Below are positions 55,163 through 59,320 of a stretch of DNA of 59,320 bases, in pieces. Within the stretch, counting starts at the first letter, position 1; the number at the start of each line of letters is the position of its first letter. This DNA comes from Clostridia bacterium (GTDB lineage Bacteria; Bacillota; Clostridia; UBA1381), in the NCBI GenBank assembly GCA_045606465.1, contig JAZURZ010000056.1, positions 1-59,320 on the forward strand. The letters are read 5' to 3'. The notes under the pieces were generated by a model. The model searched no databases and had not been told where the DNA came from. It saw only the letters and a program-made list of their open reading frames with translations. The translations under genes and the position numbers were made by a program.

Positions 55163-55996
55163 ATGAAATTTGAAGAAATAAAACCATATGTAAGATATGC
55201 CAGATTTTTAAAAACTATACAGGAGCGTGAATATCCTAAATCAATTCCATGCGACTGTCGTCTTTTTTTTGTTGATGATGGTGTGGGCGAAATTGAGATT
55301 GAAGAGGAAAAAATAAAGATAAAAAAGGGAGATGTTTTGCTAATTAAAAATGGTATAAGATATCATTTTTTGAATTTTGAAGTAACATATTTTGCCTTGA
55401 ATTTTGATTATAGCTTTGACAATGCTTACAAAAACATTCCAATTCCGCCTGTAAGTTTTTTTGAAAAAGAAAATTATGAGCCTGTTGAAAATGTAAATTT
55501 TACAGATATTATTGAATTGAATAAATATATTTATGTTGAAAAAATGTTCAATATAAAAAACTTGTTGTATAAAATTCATTCCGAATATATAAAAAAGCTC
55601 CCCTATTCCGAGATGACACAAAGTGCGTTATTGATTGCAGTTTTAAGTGAAATAATAAGAAATTTTAAAAATTTTTCAAGCGATGTAAAAAATATCAAAT
55701 TCGAAGAAATAGTGTCTTATTTGCATTTGCATTATAATGAAAATATAACTAATATAGAATTGTCAAAAATATTTCATTTTCATCCTAATTACATAAACGA
55801 AATTTTTAAAAAAAAGCTTGGAATGCCGCTTCATCAATATGTGTTGGGGATAAGGATTTCAAATGCAATTTCAATGCTTGAATCAAGCGATATGAGCATT
55901 TGTGAAATATCAAAAATTACTGGATTTTATGACAGCAGTTATTTTTCGCGTTATTTTAAAAAGGTGACAGGAGTTTCGCCTAAAAATTATAGGTAA
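55163..55996 (+). CDS. AraC-family transcriptional regulator (cupin sensor + HTH)
   Basis: 277 aa from ATG 55163 (GGAGA SD). C-terminal dual HTH ...ISMLESSDMSICEISKITGFYDSSYFSRYFKKVTGVSPKNYR. Confidence 0.9.
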   Translation: MKFEEIKPYVRYARFLKTIQEREYPKSIPCDCRLFFVDDGVGEIEIEEEKIKIKKGDVLLIKNGIRYHFLNFEVTYFALNFDYSFDNAYKNIPIPPVSFFEKENYEPVENVNFTDIIELNKYIYVEKMFNIKNLLYKIHSEYIKKLPYSEMTQSALLIAVLSEIIRNFKNFSSDVKNIKFEEIVSYLHLHYNENITNIELSKIFHFHPNYINEIFKKKLGMPLHQYVLGIRISNAISMLESSDMSICEISKITGFYDSSYFSRYFKKVTGVSPKNYR

Positions 55997-56101
55997 AAAA
56001 TGGAGCTTTGCAAAACTTGACATATTTAATAGGATATTATATAATTGGCATATAAACTGACAAAAAACACACATATTTTTGTTATACGAGGAGAAGCTTC
56101 C

Positions 56102-57592
56102 ATGCTATTTAATTCATTGCAATTTTTAATATTTTTTCCTATAATTTGTCTTGTCTATTTTGCTATACCACATAAGATGAAATGGATATGGCTTTTATTG
56201 GCAAGCTATTATTTTTATATGTGCTGGAATCCCAAGTATGCTCTTTTAATGTTTGCATCAACCTTTATAACATGGCTTAGCGGAATTTTAATAGATAAAT
56301 CAAATCGTTCAAAAAGTAAAAATAAAGAACTGCAAAAAAAGCTTACTGTGGCGGGAAGCTTTTTAATAAACTTATCAATACTTTTCTTTTTTAAATATTT
56401 TGATTTTGCAATAGATAATATAAATAATATTCTTGCAAATTTAAATTTTGAACTCATACGCCCTGAATTTGATGTAATTTTGCCTGTTGGAATTTCTTTT
56501 TATACCTTTCAGGCTCTAAGCTACACCATGGATATTTACAGGGAGGAAGTGTATCCTGAAAAAAATCTTTTCAGATATATGCTTTTTGTATCCTTCTTTC
56601 CTCAGCTTGTGGCAGGGCCTATTGAAAGGTCAAAAAATCTTTTGCATCAGCTAAGAGAGAAACATTCCTTTGATATAGACAATGTAAAGCAAGGGCTTCT
56701 TCTTATGCTATGGGGCTTTTTTCAAAAGCTTGTCATAGCCGACAGGGTAGCAATTTTAGTAAATGAAGTCTATAACAATCATGCTGATTTTGGGGGCGTT
56801 GAAATAGTTTTAGCAACCCTTTTGTTTGCAGTCCAGATTTATTGCGATTTTAATTCCTACACTGATATTGCAAGGGGAGCGGCTCGGGTTATGGGCTTTA
56901 AATTAATGGACAACTTCCGTCAGCCATATTTTTCACGCTCAATTGCAGAATTCTGGCGCAAATGGCACATATCCTTGTCGGGCTGGCTGAAGGATTATCT
57001 TTATATTCCTATGGGAGGAAACAAAAAAGGAAAGCTAAGAAAATATTTTAATATAATGGTGGTATTTCTCTCAAGCGGTCTTTGGCATGGCGCAAGCTGG
57101 CATTATGTAATATGGGGTGCGTTGCATGGGACATATCAGATTATAGGCGAAATAACATTTCCTTTACGTCAGGAAGTGTGTAAAATTTTTGGCATTAATA
57201 GAAATTCCCATTCCCATCATTTTGTGCAGAGGCTGATAACCTTTTTGCTGGTATGCTTCGGCTGGATTTTCTTCAGGGCAAATACCACATCTGACGCCTT
57301 TGAAATTGTGGGGGCAATATTTACAAGATGGAATCCATGGGCATTGACAGATGGTAAAATTTTCAAAATGGGACTTTCCCAAAGCCAGATGCTTGTAGCG
57401 CTTTTGAGCGTAGCAGTGCTTTTTGTGGCAAGTGTTGCCCATTATTACGAAAAAAGCTTAAGAAGTATGATTTTAAAAACCAACATATTTGTGCGCTGGA
57501 CAATAATTTTTGCACTTATTTTTACAATACTTATTTTTGGGATTTACGGCCCTGGCTATAGTGAGAGCCAATTTATATATTTTCAGTTCTGA
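56102..57592 (+). CDS. MBOAT-family membrane O-acyltransferase (AlgI/DltB/PatA-like)
   Basis: MLFNSLQF N-terminus, multiple TM segments, FYTFQALSY, FWRKWHISLS.WL.DY.YIP.GG and GLWHGASW (catalytic His). Confidence 0.92.
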   Translation: MLFNSLQFLIFFPIICLVYFAIPHKMKWIWLLLASYYFYMCWNPKYALLMFASTFITWLSGILIDKSNRSKSKNKELQKKLTVAGSFLINLSILFFFKYFDFAIDNINNILANLNFELIRPEFDVILPVGISFYTFQALSYTMDIYREEVYPEKNLFRYMLFVSFFPQLVAGPIERSKNLLHQLREKHSFDIDNVKQGLLLMLWGFFQKLVIADRVAILVNEVYNNHADFGGVEIVLATLLFAVQIYCDFNSYTDIARGAARVMGFKLMDNFRQPYFSRSIAEFWRKWHISLSGWLKDYLYIPMGGNKKGKLRKYFNIMVVFLSSGLWHGASWHYVIWGALHGTYQIIGEITFPLRQEVCKIFGINRNSHSHHFVQRLITFLLVCFGWIFFRANTTSDAFEIVGAIFTRWNPWALTDGKIFKMGLSQSQMLVALLSVAVLFVASVAHYYEKSLRSMILKTNIFVRWTIIFALIFTILIFGIYGPGYSESQFIYFQF

Positions 57593-58635
57593 TGAGGAGA
57601 ATTATCGTGAGAAAAATCAAATTAATTTTAAAACCCATAATATTTGTTGTGATTTTTGTTTTGATATTTTCATATCTCTCAAATTTGTTCTGCCGAAAAA
57701 CTCTTAATGGGACATGGAATCATACGCAGAAAATATCAGGCTTTTATAACGAGCCTGAAAATGAATTTGATGTTGTATTTTTTGGCTCATCAAATACATA
57801 TTGCTCCTTTAATCCGTTAGTTCTTTATGAAGAAACTGGAATAAAATCTTATGTATTTGCAAGCCAGCAACAGCCTGTATGGGCAAGCTATGCCTATATA
57901 AAAGAGGCATTAAAAACCCAGACGCCAAAGCTTATAGTTCTTGATGTGCTTATGCTTTCAAAAAGTGAGGAATATTATGACGATGGGGTAAATTACTCCT
58001 TTATGGACGATATTCCTTTGTCAAAAAACAAAATTGAGCTTGCTTTTGCCTCAGCACCAAAGGAAGAAAGGCTTGGTCTTATATTTAATTTTATAAAATA
58101 TCATTCACGCTTGTTTGAGCTTACCGAGGAGGATTACACCTTCGACCGCTCAAAAACAAGGGACTATTTAAAGGGATATGTTCTTTTGGAGGATACTTTT
58201 AGTGATGCAAAAAAATATGACATAGAGTCTGTAGAGGAGGAAAAGTTGCCTGCTGACAAGCAAATGCTTTATTTAGAAAAAATTGTTGCATTGGCAAAAG
58301 AGAAAGATATCCCCTTGCTTTTGGTAAAGACTCCCTCAAATGCAACCTTGGAAGAGCAAAAGCTTTTTAATTTTATAGAAAAATTTGCAAATGAAAATGA
58401 TATTGAATTTATTAACTACAATTTATTCTATCCTCAGATTGGACTTGTTATGGAGGAGGACTTTTACGATAAATCTCATTTAAATTATAAGGGTGCACAA
58501 AAGTTTACTCGCTTTTTTGCAGATTATCTTAAAGAAAAAATTGTTGCCTCAGAGGACGAAAATTTAACCAATGAGAGTTGGGAAGAGGATTTGAAAAAAT
58601 ATTACGAATATTGTGAAAATATAGGAAAAGAATAA
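57592..58635 (+). CDS. membrane-anchored SGNH/DltD-like acyl-transfer partner of the MBOAT
   Basis: N-terminal TM segment, block-I-like FFGSSN, and C-terminal YDKSHLN (DxxH). TGATG overlap with the MBOAT stop. An alternative GTG start at 57607 has a GAGGAG SD. Confidence 0.7.
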   Translation: MRRIIVRKIKLILKPIIFVVIFVLIFSYLSNLFCRKTLNGTWNHTQKISGFYNEPENEFDVVFFGSSNTYCSFNPLVLYEETGIKSYVFASQQQPVWASYAYIKEALKTQTPKLIVLDVLMLSKSEEYYDDGVNYSFMDDIPLSKNKIELAFASAPKEERLGLIFNFIKYHSRLFELTEEDYTFDRSKTRDYLKGYVLLEDTFSDAKKYDIESVEEEKLPADKQMLYLEKIVALAKEKDIPLLLVKTPSNATLEEQKLFNFIEKFANENDIEFINYNLFYPQIGLVMEEDFYDKSHLNYKGAQKFTRFFADYLKEKIVASEDENLTNESWEEDLKKYYEYCENIGKE

Positions 58636-58642
58636 GAAAAAT

Positions 58643-58687
58643 AAAAGGAGTTTCTCAAATAATTTTTAATGAGAAATCTCCTTTTTT
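58643..58687. terminator. bidirectional terminator between the SGNH gene and spoVT
   Basis: AAAAGGAGTTTCTCA ... TGAGAAATCTCCTTTT followed by a T-run. Confidence 0.8.
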
Positions 58688-58704
58688 ATTTGTTGCCTGA
58701 AGGC

Positions 58705-59244
58705 TTAGCCCTCCATATGCTTACCCAAAAATCCTGCAGCTGATTCGGCAAGCTTGCTTTCAATTTCGCCGGGCTCTTCACCATCTTTTAAAATGAAAAT
58801 GACTGAGCCTATGGAATCTCCCTCTGAAACTATTGGGACAACAATTCCTGCATTGTATTTGTCAACCCCTTCTGCAATGGAAAGCCCTGAGTCAAAGCCT
58901 TGTGATTTAAAGGCGGTTTTTTCACTCATAACATTGTCAAGCTCAGAACTTACTCTTTTTTCAATAAGCTCCTTTTTGGGAAGACCTGAAACTGCGATTA
59001 TGTTGTCACGGTCGGTTATGCAGGTGCCTTTGCCTGTTGTCTTTGAAAGGGTTTCGGCATATGTTACCGCAAAATCGCCAAGCTCACCTATGGGAGAATA
59101 TTTTTTAAAAATAACCTCGCCGTCTTTTTCAGTATATATCTCAAGCGGGTCCCCTTCTCTTATTCGCATAGTTCTGCGAATTTCCTTTGGAATTACAACT
59201 CTTCCCAAATCATCTATTCTTCTTACAATTCCTGTTGCTTTCAT
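58705..59244 (-). CDS. spoVT: stage V sporulation protein T (AbrB-type DNA-binding N-domain + GAF-like C-domain)
   Basis: MKATGIVRRIDDLGRVVIPKEIRRTMRIREGDPLEIY swapped-hairpin motif; 179 aa total. Confidence 0.92.
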   Translation of the reverse strand: MKATGIVRRIDDLGRVVIPKEIRRTMRIREGDPLEIYTEKDGEVIFKKYSPIGELGDFAVTYAETLSKTTGKGTCITDRDNIIAVSGLPKKELIEKRVSSELDNVMSEKTAFKSQGFDSGLSIAEGVDKYNAGIVVPIVSEGDSIGSVIFILKDGEEPGEIESKLAESAAGFLGKHMEG

Positions 59245-59320
59245 ATAACATAAATCTCCTTTTTCACGAAAATTATATACATATTATTTGCAACACAAAT
59301 AAATTTATCCAACAAATTAA

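Noticed and set aside
58754-59248. 164-aa plus-strand ORF
   Set aside because: It is fully antisense to spoVT, which has an unmistakable AbrB-type N-terminus. The Ser/Pro-rich product is typical of antisense frames.
1-59320. Window-wide look for CRISPR arrays, IS elements or transposases, integrases, phage structural genes, reverse transcriptases and toxin-antitoxin pairs
   Set aside because: None found by reading the ORF translations and intergenic repeats. The only sizeable repeats are coding (LRR, L10 tail) or hairpins and terminators.

Overview
Low-GC Firmicutes chromosome, Clostridia-like and spore-forming (spoVT, GerM-like, sepF/divIVA, prkC/stp). The window is almost entirely core housekeeping in long co-directional operons. 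In order: tsaC-ywlE-rimI-tsaD; a BspA-type LRR surface protein; a tRNA-Ser/Pro/Pro operon; lon-engB; a HlyD-like gene followed by ylmE-sepF-ylmH-divIVA-ileS; yicC-remA-gmk-rpoZ-priA-def-fmt-Zn peptidase-rsmB-rlmN-stp-prkC-rsgA-thiN; nifS-like, hslO, a TSCPD protein, a GerM-like protein, galM; a minus-strand block of acpS, rdgB, SPFH and NfeD; then rpmG-secE-nusG-rplK-rplA-rplJ-rplL, fused directly to yceD-rpmF instead of rpoBC; yaaL-like plus three small unknown ORFs; and cdaA-cdaR. The last 15 kb is more accessory. It holds a copper-amine-oxidase/cohesin-like secreted protein, a YtrA-type GntR-ABC operon with a giant permease, a LexA-boxed YneA-like LysM gene, an AraC-divergent operon (AraA-family isomerase plus two paralogous large proteins of unrecognised family), an MBOAT + SGNH O-acyltransferase pair, and spoVT. 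I found no CRISPR array, transposase, integrase, phage gene, restriction-modification system or recognisable defence system. The least explained content is at 49.6-55.2 kb: an ORF-free structured gap and the isomerase/paralog operon. I rate these as moderately interesting, not as a demonstrated new system. All family calls come from motif recognition by eye; no searches were run.
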